A stretch of DNA of 64,000 bases. It comes from a virus. The stretch lies in the IMG/VR virus record IMGVR_UViG_3300030493_000012. One strand, written 5' to 3'. The notes below the pieces were generated by a model. The model was not told where the DNA came from, ran no database searches, and saw only the letters and a list, made by a program, of their open reading frames with translations. The position numbers and the translations under genes are program-made. Positions 19,551 to 28,451 of the stretch are shown in pieces (the stretch's first letter is position 1; each line of letters starts with the position of its first letter).

Positions 19551-19865
19551 TTTTGTGCTTTGTTTTTATTTAAGGTTTATTAACTACTTATTCAGAATAG
19601 ATTTTTTCGTAACCAAAAGCAACTAAATTTTCTTAATATTCCGAATTGTCACATTTTCAACGGCTTGATAAAGTTTTTGAGCATATTCAAGAACCGCTTT
19701 TGCACTTACATCATAGAATACAGTGGACTTTACAACAATTCCGCGCTTTAGTTGCTCGTTTTTGTCGTTGACAACTCTAACCAAATCCCCATCTTTAATT
19801 GTGTCGGTCTGCATAAGCAATAGTAATGGCCATTATTAAAAACAAAACTAGCATTTTTGGCGGGG

Positions 19866-20054
19866 CTAAACCAGAGACACAACTTCAATCTTGGTTTGTT
19901 CCCCAGCCTTTGGCTTCCCCTTGCCTCGCTTAACCCATTCGCCATTTCGCATGACAAAAGTAATGTTCTTGGTGGTATAGATACGCTTGCGGCCACGGCG
20001 CTTTGGCGTTACTGGCACAACCGGCGTTTCGACTGTATTTTGTGTTTCATTCAT
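19866..20054 (-). CDS. Small basic protein, possibly nucleic-acid binding
   Basis: PKRRGRKR and KRGKGKP basic motifs; own promoter. Confidence 0.6.
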   Translation of the reverse strand: MNETQNTVETPVVPVTPKRRGRKRIYTTKNITFVMRNGEWVKRGKGKPKAGEQTKIEVVSLV

Positions 20055-20099
20055 AGTTTTATTATTAAGTTTAGTCTAATGTTCTGAAAATGTCAATCT

Positions 20100-20366
20100 T
20101 TATTCTTCAATTTCTGCCACCATTTTGACAGACTTGACTTCTTGAAACCGATAGTCGCTAGTAAAATCACTAACAAAATGAATCAAGACCTTGCCACAAG
20201 GCGAGTATGTAACAATTTTTCCATTGTAAACAAAAGCAATTGCATTATTATACAAATCATCATTTGGCCTAGATGTAACCAAATAAGGAACGCCCTGGGC
20301 AATTTCGGTTGCAGACAAGGTTGTGTTTGCTCGCTTTGTCTTTTTGATTTCAAGTTCAATTTTCAT
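20100..20366 (-). CDS. Hypothetical protein
   Basis: Own promoter; TAA beside the next -35 box. Confidence 0.6.
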   Translation of the reverse strand: MKIELEIKKTKRANTTLSATEIAQGVPYLVTSRPNDDLYNNAIAFVYNGKIVTYSPCGKVLIHFVSDFTSDYRFQEVKSVKMVAEIEE

Positions 20367-20412
20367 AGTTTTTGCTTTATTTAATGTTAAATTTTTGGTT
20401 ACGAAAAGTCAA

Positions 20413-20643
20413 TCATTTAATTTCGATTGTGGCGTCACTCTTGAAAAACATCAAGCCGCCATCAATAGCGTCAACAATAGAAGTTTTTGCAGAATTCCAA
20501 ATACGACCGTCGCTCAATCGAACAGCCAGATAACGACCATCTGGATTCGAAAGCACATAAACATTACCATCTGGGTCTCGAAACAAATCGCCAGCTTTGA
20601 AATCGGTTTTTCGGATAATATCTTTGGTTATGATTTTGTTCAT
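20413..20643 (-). CDS. Hypothetical protein
   Basis: TTGACT-N17-TAAACT-N6-ATG. Confidence 0.65.
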   Translation of the reverse strand: MNKIITKDIIRKTDFKAGDLFRDPDGNVYVLSNPDGRYLAVRLSDGRIWNSAKTSIVDAIDGGLMFFKSDATIEIK

Positions 20644-20680
20644 AGTTTGAGTTTAGGTTAAAAATTTAAAAGAGTCAAGA

Positions 20681-20971
20681 TTATTCAGCAGCCAGCCAAG
20701 TAAACAATTCCTTAGAAGTTTCAAAAACAAAAACTTCAAAATTGGCATTAATTAGATTCTTAAGAAGCCCCGCTAAAGTAGGCTCATCGTAAATACAATA
20801 ACCATTTCCTTTGGTAAGCTGGTTTGTTGACAGTAGTTTATAAAATCCCATCTCGTATTTTTCTCTGGTTACGAAAGCTTTTTCGCCGCAACGCTTTACT
20901 CCAATAAAATGTTTTGGCGTAACGTCTTGCACTTTAATTTCGGTTGTATTATCAATAATAACTTTAATCAT
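20681..20971 (-). CDS. Hypothetical protein
   Basis: TTGACT-N17-TAAACT-N6-ATG. Confidence 0.65.
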   Translation of the reverse strand: MIKVIIDNTTEIKVQDVTPKHFIGVKRCGEKAFVTREKYEMGFYKLLSTNQLTKGNGYCIYDEPTLAGLLKNLINANFEVFVFETSKELFTWLAAE

Positions 20972-21014
20972 AGTTTTAGTTTAGTTTAAAAGTTCCGAAA
21001 AGTCAATCTTTTAT

Positions 21015-21305
21015 TTAAATAAACCGCCCGTCCTTGTCAGTATATTTCTTTTTAACTGGCGAGGCTGGATAATCTTTGCTAATAGCTTCATGCTTTGTCA
21101 TGCTGTTGTTGCCAGAATTACCAGTCCCCTGATTCTTGAAAACAGTCATTTGCATATTGCGCTTGACATTCTGCGAAATAACCTGAGTGCCAGCCTTTTT
21201 GGCCGCAAAATTAAAGGTTTGTGAACCAACAGTCACACTGGTTTGTCCAGTCTTGCGGAAGGTTTTAAGGGCGGAATTGAATCGGGCTTTGGTGTTTTTA
21301 TTCAT
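21015..21305 (-). CDS. Hypothetical basic protein
   Basis: Lys/Asn-rich ORF downstream of a TTGCAT-N17-TATTAT promoter. Confidence 0.6.
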   Translation of the reverse strand: MNKNTKARFNSALKTFRKTGQTSVTVGSQTFNFAAKKAGTQVISQNVKRNMQMTVFKNQGTGNSGNNSMTKHEAISKDYPASPVKKKYTDKDGRFI

Positions 21306-21603
21306 TGTTTTGGCGTTCGCGGTTTGTTCTATATTTCAATAATAGGTTATTTAGTCCGAAAATGCAAGTGTTATTTCCAACTAATATTCAAATCAGTAAG
21401 AATCTTTCGCGCCAAATAAATTTCACCATCAGCGCATCCTGTATAATAGGCATTATCATAATTACCACCACAAGATGTATCAAAATCAGAATCATCAGAA
21501 AGCATTTTTTGCTTGGCTGTGGTTTTTAGTTCTTCAATCAATTTTTCCATAATTTAGATTATTGTTTATTCGGCCTAAAATGTCAAGTTTTATTTTCTGA
21601 AAA

Positions 21604-21683
21604 TGGTGGGCCTTATGGCTTGAGTTGACCATAATGACAGCTTATGAGGCTGCTGTTATTTACCTCGTTTTAACTAAAGGCCC
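21604..21683 (-). tRNA. tRNA with CAU anticodon (Ile2 or Met), non-canonical T-loop
   Basis: Acceptor GGGCCTT/AAGGCCC-ACCA; D-stem GTTA/TAAC; anticodon arm GCAGC-CTCATAA-GCTGT. Confidence 0.75.
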
Positions 21684-21702
21684 GTAAGTTGCTGATTATC
21701 AA

Positions 21703-22116
21703 TCAATTATCAAGAACAATCGGCCAATTACTTTCAACATACCTACTTGCCTCTTCAAAATTCCTAGGCTTGTCATTGTAAAGTTTAAAAACACAACCAT
21801 CAAGCCCGCCAAAGACAATTTTGCCATTATAAGTTTCCATCGGCACAACAAAAGTTAGTTTGTCAGAATACTTTTTTCCAAGTTCCATCTTAAAAACTGG
21901 CTTAAAATTTTTGGCAAGAAAAGACTCAAAATCTTGCTTGTTTTGGATAAGAGAACCATCAGGAACATCAGAACTACTAAAAGTCTTATTGTCCAAATTC
22001 AAAGTGAGATAATTATCGCTAAGTACATGATTGTCGCGCTTAAATCCATACTTTTCAGCTAGTTCAACACAAGAGAGGCTGTTTATAACAACAATGTTGG
22101 AGATTTCAATTTTCAT
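21703..22116 (-). CDS. Hypothetical protein (C-terminal module shared with 25860..26327)
   Basis: KKYSDK..FVVP...GG..GC.F.LYN. Confidence 0.7.
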   Translation of the reverse strand: MKIEISNIVVINSLSCVELAEKYGFKRDNHVLSDNYLTLNLDNKTFSSSDVPDGSLIQNKQDFESFLAKNFKPVFKMELGKKYSDKLTFVVPMETYNGKIVFGGLDGCVFKLYNDKPRNFEEASRYVESNWPIVLDN

Positions 22117-22182
22117 AATTTAAGTTTAGAGTTTTGTGTTTAAAGAGTCAAGTTTATTGTTTGATTAAACCAGCGAGAGCAA

Positions 22183-22812
22183 TTAATGATAACGATAAGC
22201 CACATTTTTAACTTTGGTTGACCAGCAAAGCCGACAATCCAAACATTTATTGTTTTGTTTTGGTGCGCGGCAAGTCCAGCCATTCCTAACAACCGTTGAT
22301 GTTGTAACACCAAGGCTTTGCGCCAAAGTTGTAAAGGCCGGGCCATCAATCATGTAACTTGAAAGCCTAATATTCAGGTTTTTCGGAACCTTGTTACCCT
22401 TTTTAATATAAGAACTGACAATCGAAATCTCTTTAGTTGGCAACCAAAATTTAATCCGGCCACACAAAGAGGCAATTTCGCAAATTTGAGCCAGCATTTT
22501 TTCAGATTGCAAATCTCCCGAATCAAACCAACGAAAGTAACCGCTTGATTCTGTGGCATTTATAACGGTTGCCATTGCCAGCACAAAATTAGGATGATTA
22601 AAAGCATTTAGCCGAAAATCATGGGCATTTTTAACATTATCATAAAGATAATTACCACGGCGAGCATAGCATTTATTGCAAACGCTTCCCTCAATTTCAT
22701 ATAATTTGCCGCCAGTAATGCATTTTAGTGCCGAAATTGAATAACCATAACAAGGCATTTTGCTTGGTTCGCTCAAATTACCAATAATGGCCTTTGCTTC
22801 GTTTAATGTCAT
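22183..22812 (-). CDS. GP88-family protein (Cys-rich, radical-SAM-like)
   Basis: LSEPSKMPC...CITG...GSVCNKCYA...FRWFDSGD...C.DCRLCW. Confidence 0.85.
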   Translation of the reverse strand: MTLNEAKAIIGNLSEPSKMPCYGYSISALKCITGGKLYEIEGSVCNKCYARRGNYLYDNVKNAHDFRLNAFNHPNFVLAMATVINATESSGYFRWFDSGDLQSEKMLAQICEIASLCGRIKFWLPTKEISIVSSYIKKGNKVPKNLNIRLSSYMIDGPAFTTLAQSLGVTTSTVVRNGWTCRAPKQNNKCLDCRLCWSTKVKNVAYRYH

Positions 22813-22888
22813 ACTTAAAGACTAATCTTTATTTACGTTTATGTCAACTTATTTTGTAAGGATTCACGCTTCTGGTGTAACCTAATAT

Positions 22889-23779
22889 ATGAAAACATTT
22901 ATTTATGCTCTTTTCTGCCCAATAGACAATACGCCAAGATATGTCGGGAAATCTAACGAAATGAGATTTCCATACCGATTAAAAGAACACGTAAGGCCTT
23001 CAACACTAAAAACAAACACACATAAAAACAACTGGATAAAATGGCTTTTAAAACAAGGTAAAAAACCGATTATTAAAATAATTGATATTGGTGACGAAAA
23101 CACATACGCATTAAAAGAAAAATATTGGGTAAAATGCTATAAAAAGCTTGGATTTGATTTAACAAACGCAACTGAAGGAGGCGAAGGTATGGCGAGATTA
23201 AAAGACAAAAGAGTTATTAAAGAAGAACAAAAAATCAATATAAGTAACACATTAAAAAAGCTTTACAAAGAACATCCCGAAATAATTACAAAAGCAATTC
23301 CTAAAATAGTGGCGACCAGAGCAACACAAAACACAAACAAAAATTCAAAATTCAAAAAAGGGATTTCATTATGCCATCTTGGCTATAGAACATACGCTTC
23401 TAAACATCATAACCGAATAGAGATAGCCATAACTAAAACTCTGGAAGAGGCGGTTTTTATAAAAGATGTTGTCTATTTACTTTTATATCCAAACGCTTAT
23501 GTTCCAATTAACGACATCAAAACATACGAAAATTTAGATAAATTAGAGTTTATTAAAAAAATCTTAAGAAAATCTTATTCAAGTAGGTTTTATGGCGTAA
23601 ACAAATACGGAAAAAAATGGGCGGTAAGAGATAAAAATGACAATAGAGTTGGTGTTTTTGAAACCGAGGAAGCGGCAGCGCAACAATCCGCAATAATAAG
23701 AAATTCTAATATTGAAAGTATCACCAGAAAAGATAAATTTGATATTTTTATGGAAATGCTCAGTGACAAAACTTATTAA
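22889..23779 (+). CDS. Free-standing GIY-YIG homing endonuclease with AP2-like C-terminal domain
   Basis: IYAL...YVGKS...R..EH...EKYWV...LTNATEGGEG; FYGV...KKW...GVFETEEAAA. Confidence 0.85.
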   Translation: MKTFIYALFCPIDNTPRYVGKSNEMRFPYRLKEHVRPSTLKTNTHKNNWIKWLLKQGKKPIIKIIDIGDENTYALKEKYWVKCYKKLGFDLTNATEGGEGMARLKDKRVIKEEQKINISNTLKKLYKEHPEIITKAIPKIVATRATQNTNKNSKFKKGISLCHLGYRTYASKHHNRIEIAITKTLEEAVFIKDVVYLLLYPNAYVPINDIKTYENLDKLEFIKKILRKSYSSRFYGVNKYGKKWAVRDKNDNRVGVFETEEAAAQQSAIIRNSNIESITRKDKFDIFMEMLSDKTY

Positions 23780-23780
23780 T

Positions 23781-23876
23781 TCACTTTTTGTCACAAGTAA
23801 AGCCAACTGGCAGATTAAAAATTGCAATGTATTTAGGCAATTTGGCGTTACCGAAACTGAATTTGAGTTTTTCCAT
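23781..23876 (-). pseudogene. N-terminal fragment of a second GP88-like gene truncated at the endonuclease
   Basis: MEKLKFSFGNAKLPKYIAIFNLPVGFTC; own leaderless promoter TTGACA-N17-CAATAT-N6-ATG. Confidence 0.5.
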
Positions 23877-23911
23877 GATTTAATATTGTATTTAATTTCC
23901 GAAAATGTCAA

Positions 23912-24151
23912 CTAAAACATTGAAGCAAAATCGGCGCGGCCATCGCTCCATCCATAACTATAACCATTGGCAAAATTCCTAGCTTCTTTTTCTTCTTTAA
24001 TATAGAAAGTTTTGACTAAGGTTTTTTGTTTGGTTTCGCCGTTTTCAACATAAACAGCAATGCCTTTACCCCACAATCCGACACAAACCATTGATTGTGA
24101 ATTACCTAGTTGAGCCGCAAAAAGCATTTCTTTAATGTCGTTAATAATCAT
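23912..24151 (-). CDS. Hypothetical protein
   Basis: Own promoter with upstream -61 box. Confidence 0.6.
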   Translation of the reverse strand: MIINDIKEMLFAAQLGNSQSMVCVGLWGKGIAVYVENGETKQKTLVKTFYIKEEKEARNFANGYSYGWSDGRADFASMF

Positions 24152-24419
24152 ATTTTTAGGTTAAGCTAAATTCCAAACAAAGTCAACTTTTTATTTTATT
24201 TAAATAAGCGAGAGCAACTAGTCAAGCGCACAATTAATATTTTCTGTATCAATTTTAAAACTATCACTAACAAAAGTCCCCTCTGGTAATTCAGCGTTAT
24301 CTGCCTTATTGATAGCCTCTTCCAGACAAGATGCCTCAATTTCCATGTCGCCGCACATTGTCCAAGTAACAGGAATAGTAAATCTCATGTCTATATTTAA
24401 GGCTTAATTAACGAAAATG

Positions 24420-24698
24420 TCAAGTTTGTTCTGGCGCAAATCCGTCAATAGAAATAATATTGTAAATCTCGGTTTTCTCAATTTTGAGAATTTCAATTTT
24501 GTCTCTCAAAGTTTGATTATGCATTCGCTCTAAAAACTCTATATACTCAATAGCCGCCGCTTCGTTTAGAAAAATACTATTAACATCAATATTGGCAAGA
24601 AATCTTTCTAACGGGTTTAAGTGTGCCGTGTATTCAAACTCAAAATACTTTTCAGTATTTTTAAGGCGCAAAACATAATAAGTGGAGATTTTCGTCAT
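24420..24698 (-). CDS. Hypothetical protein
   Basis: TGA stop inside the next -35 box. Confidence 0.6.
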   Translation of the reverse strand: MTKISTYYVLRLKNTEKYFEFEYTAHLNPLERFLANIDVNSIFLNEAAAIEYIEFLERMHNQTLRDKIEILKIEKTEIYNIISIDGFAPEQT

Positions 24699-24733
24699 GT
24701 TCTAATGATGAATTAAAAAGATTAAGAAGTCAA

Positions 24734-24928
24734 CTATTTAATACCTAATTCCGGCAAAGAACCAACAATATTTTTCAAAACATTTCTAATTGGTTTTAAA
24801 TCAACCATTACCGCCCGAACAGCGACGTTTGGATGAACAGTAGATTTAATTACATTTTCAAGTGCTTGAACGAAAATTTTCTTTTCCGATTCTAACTGTT
24901 GAATCCGAGCTATCAAATTAGTATCCAT
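24734..24928 (-). CDS. Hypothetical protein
   Basis: Start refined to MDTNLI after TTGACT-N17-TATTCT-N6. Confidence 0.65.
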   Translation of the reverse strand: MDTNLIARIQQLESEKKIFVQALENVIKSTVHPNVAVRAVMVDLKPIRNVLKNIVGSLPELGIK

Positions 24929-25118
24929 ATTTAAAGAATAGATTTTCGTAACAAAGAAGTCAATTATAAAAAGAAATAAGAGCAAGAAAAATCAAAGCTT
25001 CCAAATCTGATACGATGGGAAAGCAACAATAAATCTCACCCTCGACTATTTTACACTTTTTAGTTATTAAAATCAATTATTTTGTTATGTTTTTCCAAGT
25101 TTTGAGTGTAAGATATTA

Positions 25119-25760
25119 TGATACGATGGTAATAACCCAAAATATCCTCAGTTATGAGTCTGCTTGCCACTATGGCCTAAAAAGAGCAGAGAATAATGAC
25201 ATTAGAATAAGACAGGTAATTGATAGCGTGATTACTGTTAAGACAACCAAAGCCCGTAAAAAGGGTCTCCACAAACTTGCTAACATCAAGGAGGTATTTC
25301 GGGAGAACGCGCCTTCACAGTGGATGCAATCGAATAATAAATCAAATAAGATTGTTCTAAATGCTGATACCTTAAACCGACAGGGCGAAGGAACACAGTT
25401 AGAAACACAAGAACATAGGCATTGCCAGAACTTATTCTTTCAAACTAATCAGGTGAGTCTCAGAGCAAAGAGCAGAACTGAAGATACGCTACCGCGAGCC
25501 TAAAAGATACCGCGCTTGATTATTGGTTTATTTGGTAATTAGAAAAATTACTAAATGGGTTTCCTTTGCTTGTTTCCTTAACCTCCAAGGCTATAGGCGA
25601 AGAAAGCACTAAATCGAAGGCGTTAGCCGAAGATTTATTAGCGGAGCTAATTAATAAATATAAATAAATCATTTGATTAGTCCGAAAACAGAGTGTATAA
25701 TCTATTGAGCCTTACTAGCAACTTCGGCTGGTTTAAAAGGCTTATTTTTTTAATTAAAAT
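25119..25760 (+). ncRNA. Candidate large non-coding RNA region
   Basis: Gene-free gap of higher complexity; GTGTAA at 25106; several hairpins. Confidence 0.35.
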
Positions 25761-25859
25761 TAATTCGCGCCAGCCAAATCTAATTCATGATAAGTCCAAA
25801 TACTCTCAATCATGTTGCTCTCGCTGATTGAATTAAAATTAATCTAAGAATTAGCCGCG

Positions 25860-26327
25860 TTAGCCAACATCAGCCAGTTTATAACTTCCAAGCCTCTCAA
25901 TTGTCTCAGCCTCAGACATTTGCTCTCCATTATTATAAAGATTAAAATCACAACCTTTACAGCCACCAAGAACATATTTGTTTGAGCCTTCAACTGAAAT
26001 AGGAACAATAAAACTTTTTTTGTTTGAATAATAATACCTCTTACCAACCTCAATTTTTGGTTTGTTCAGTTTTTCCAAGATAGAATCAATGTTGGAAAGT
26101 TCCGAAAATTCAACTAAATGGAAATCTTCTGGGGCATTGAAGGTTGCATTTATATAAGTAGGATAATAATAAACAATTGGATAAGCATTAATACATACGT
26201 TTTTAATTGTATCTTCCAAGATGATTTCCGAAATTTTACAGCCAATTTTAGAGGCCAAAAAATAAAGCGCGGCCAGTTTTTCAGCCTGATTGTTTGTCTT
26301 AATAGCGATATTCTTAATAGTAATCAT
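25860..26327 (-). CDS. Hypothetical protein, tandem paralog A
   Basis: NNQAEKLAALYFLA.K.GCKIS shared with the next gene. Confidence 0.7.
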   Translation of the reverse strand: MITIKNIAIKTNNQAEKLAALYFLASKIGCKISEIILEDTIKNVCINAYPIVYYYPTYINATFNAPEDFHLVEFSELSNIDSILEKLNKPKIEVGKRYYYSNKKSFIVPISVEGSNKYVLGGCKGCDFNLYNNGEQMSEAETIERLGSYKLADVG

Positions 26328-26385
26328 AGTTTTGTGGTTTAATCTATAGTCAAATAATACATTTTCGTGCTAATGAAGTCAAGGT

Positions 26386-26790
26386 TTAATTAGCGTCAAG
26401 CGAAAGTTTAGCCTTATACAATTCCTCAAGCACAGAGATAGGAAAACTTTGGCATCCTACAACCACCTTATCTTTGTAAACTTTAGCTGTATGTTCTTTG
26501 TTGAGAACAACTTCCACAAACTTTAACGCTAAATAAGAATCAAAGTTTTTGAGGTCAGAAAACTTCACAATTGTTATATCGTGGCCAACGTCAGAACAGG
26601 TAGCGGTAACAATTTCGCCACTAATATAAACATAAGGATGTTGCATTACCAGACTATTATTGGCAAGAGTATTTTTCAGAACAATATCTGAAATCTTACA
26701 GCCCGACTTTGCTGCCAAAAAGTACAAAGCCGCCAGTTTTTCAGCTTGGTTATTTATTTTAATGCGAATATTGCTGTATTTATTGTTCAT
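26386..26790 (-). CDS. Hypothetical protein, tandem paralog B
   Basis: Same N-module; C-module V.LN...AKV....VVGCQ.F. Confidence 0.7.
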   Translation of the reverse strand: MNNKYSNIRIKINNQAEKLAALYFLAAKSGCKISDIVLKNTLANNSLVMQHPYVYISGEIVTATCSDVGHDITIVKFSDLKNFDSYLALKFVEVVLNKEHTAKVYKDKVVVGCQSFPISVLEELYKAKLSLDAN

Positions 26791-27030
26791 ATTTTTGGTG
26801 TTCACGATTTGTTACTATTAAGAGTATTGATTAAAAAGGATTAATTGTCAATCTTTATCTACATTAAATTCAACAATTTCAGAAAGCCCAACAACACAAG
26901 AGTCGCCATTTTCCAACCAAAAGTTCATATAACCTTGGCTCCATTCTAAATTAATAATTTTAAATTGCTCGCTGGTTTTGTCTGTATAGTAAATAGTTAG
27001 TGTCATAATCAAATTATTGATTTTCGGAAC

Positions 27031-27441
27031 TTAATTGTCAATCTTTTTAACCAATTTCACGCCATCACAAAACACTGTTTTCCAAGGGCAATTAACAACA
27101 ATATTAGATTGATTAGTAAGAATAGTCTCGTTATTCCAAAATTCTATGATTATGCTTAAACGACTATTGTTACTCATTTTTCTCCCAATAACAGGATTCA
27201 AAACTTCGCACTCATAAATCCTAAGTTTTTCCATATTTCCGCAATAAGACATTGCCTCTGAAAAATCCGCAAAAACAAATAGTTTGGATTTTTTTAGCTT
27301 GGGGTAAACAAATTCATTTAATTTATATTCTACAACCAGAGAACTATCGGCAGTCCAAGAAGACCATAAACAATTATCAGAAGACTCAAAGACAACTTTG
27401 TAGTATTTTGTATTGCTCTCGCTAGTTGTGTTGTTTTCCAT
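27031..27441 (-). CDS. YK-x-LFVF-x-ECE-x-FC family protein
   Basis: KYYKVV...EYKLNEFVYP...KLFVF...IYECEV...VFCDGVKLVKK; start refined by promoter. Confidence 0.75.
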   Translation of the reverse strand: MENNTTSESNTKYYKVVFESSDNCLWSSWTADSSLVVEYKLNEFVYPKLKKSKLFVFADFSEAMSYCGNMEKLRIYECEVLNPVIGRKMSNNSRLSIIIEFWNNETILTNQSNIVVNCPWKTVFCDGVKLVKKIDN

Positions 27442-27891
27442 AATCAAAGAATAGACTTTAAAAGCGGCCAAATCAAGTATTATTTATTGTAAACTTTTAT
27501 AAACAAACCAAAACTATTATTTAGTTCCGAAAAGTTCTGGCCGTCGCTGTTTTGCATCACAGCCACAATCAAAGCCATTAGCAAAAGCTTTGGCTAGTTG
27601 CTCGGCATTGTGTTCGCCATAATAATCAAAACCATAAGACTCAAGTTTAATATCGTTAATATAAACAGCGTAGCAATATGTTTCGCGTTTGATTTTTGTC
27701 ATAATTAAAAGATAGAGTAAATGAACAATGATGTCAATTCTTTTTAGCTCGCTTCTTGGCCTTCTTTTTAAGCTTAGATTCTTTCATTAAGTGTTGATAA
27801 TAAGCATCTAACATCCAAGAGTATGATTGATTTTTTGTCATGGTTTTAGATTAAGTTAAATATACACAGGAGTCAACATAAATTTTGAATC

Positions 27892-28005
27892 ACGACCTAT
27901 TAAGTCGTTATTTGATTATTTCGGAATGACGACTAATTTAGTGTGTGTTTGAGTTTGGAATGACGACCAATCAAGTCGTTATTAAACCACGACCATTTTA
28001 GTCGT
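27892..28005. repeat. Array of four ACGAC-N7-GTCGT palindromes
   Basis: Copies start at 27892, 27929 (imperfect right arm), 27963 and 27989. Confidence 0.8.
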
Positions 28006-28451
28006 ATTTCGGCGGAAAAGAGCGAGTTTCGACAGCCTCAATCAAATAACCTAAATAACCAATTTCAATCATTCTTTATATGTATGTTATGGCTAATCTT
28101 AACTCAATCTGTGAATCTGAAAGTCTCTCTTTATTTGTAAGTCTCTCAAAACCAAATATTTATATTTATTTTTAACCAATCTTAAAATTGTATTTTAGCC
28201 TATGTATTATCCTTATAACCGGCTCAATTTCTTATGCTACGAAAATCAAAACCAAATTAGCACGAAAATCAATTTTGTCAAAAATAAGAAACACTCTCTG
28301 TCTTATATTTAATGTCTTCAATTAGCTAGACTATAATCTTACTTAGCCCCGGCAAGGCTGTTTGTAATGCTCAATAGTCCGAAAATGATTAGTCCGAAAA
28401 GCCTCGGCCAGCTAGTTTTTACTAGTACGAAAAGAGAAAAAAAGAATTATA

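Noticed and set aside
8759-21529. Many plus-strand and alternate-frame ORFs in the supplied track (e.g. 9015, 12294, 16009, 17751, 20323)
   Set aside because: They are antisense or overlapping shadows of promoter-supported minus-strand genes and have no motifs.
25087-25503. 138-aa plus-strand ORF
   Set aside because: No recognisable motif, and the GTGTAA-linked ATG (25118) is in another frame; treated as a possible ncRNA region instead.
27892-28005. CRISPR mini-array
   Set aside because: The units are short palindromes with 26-37 nt irregular periodicity, not identical 25-40 nt repeats with unique spacers; no cas genes are present.
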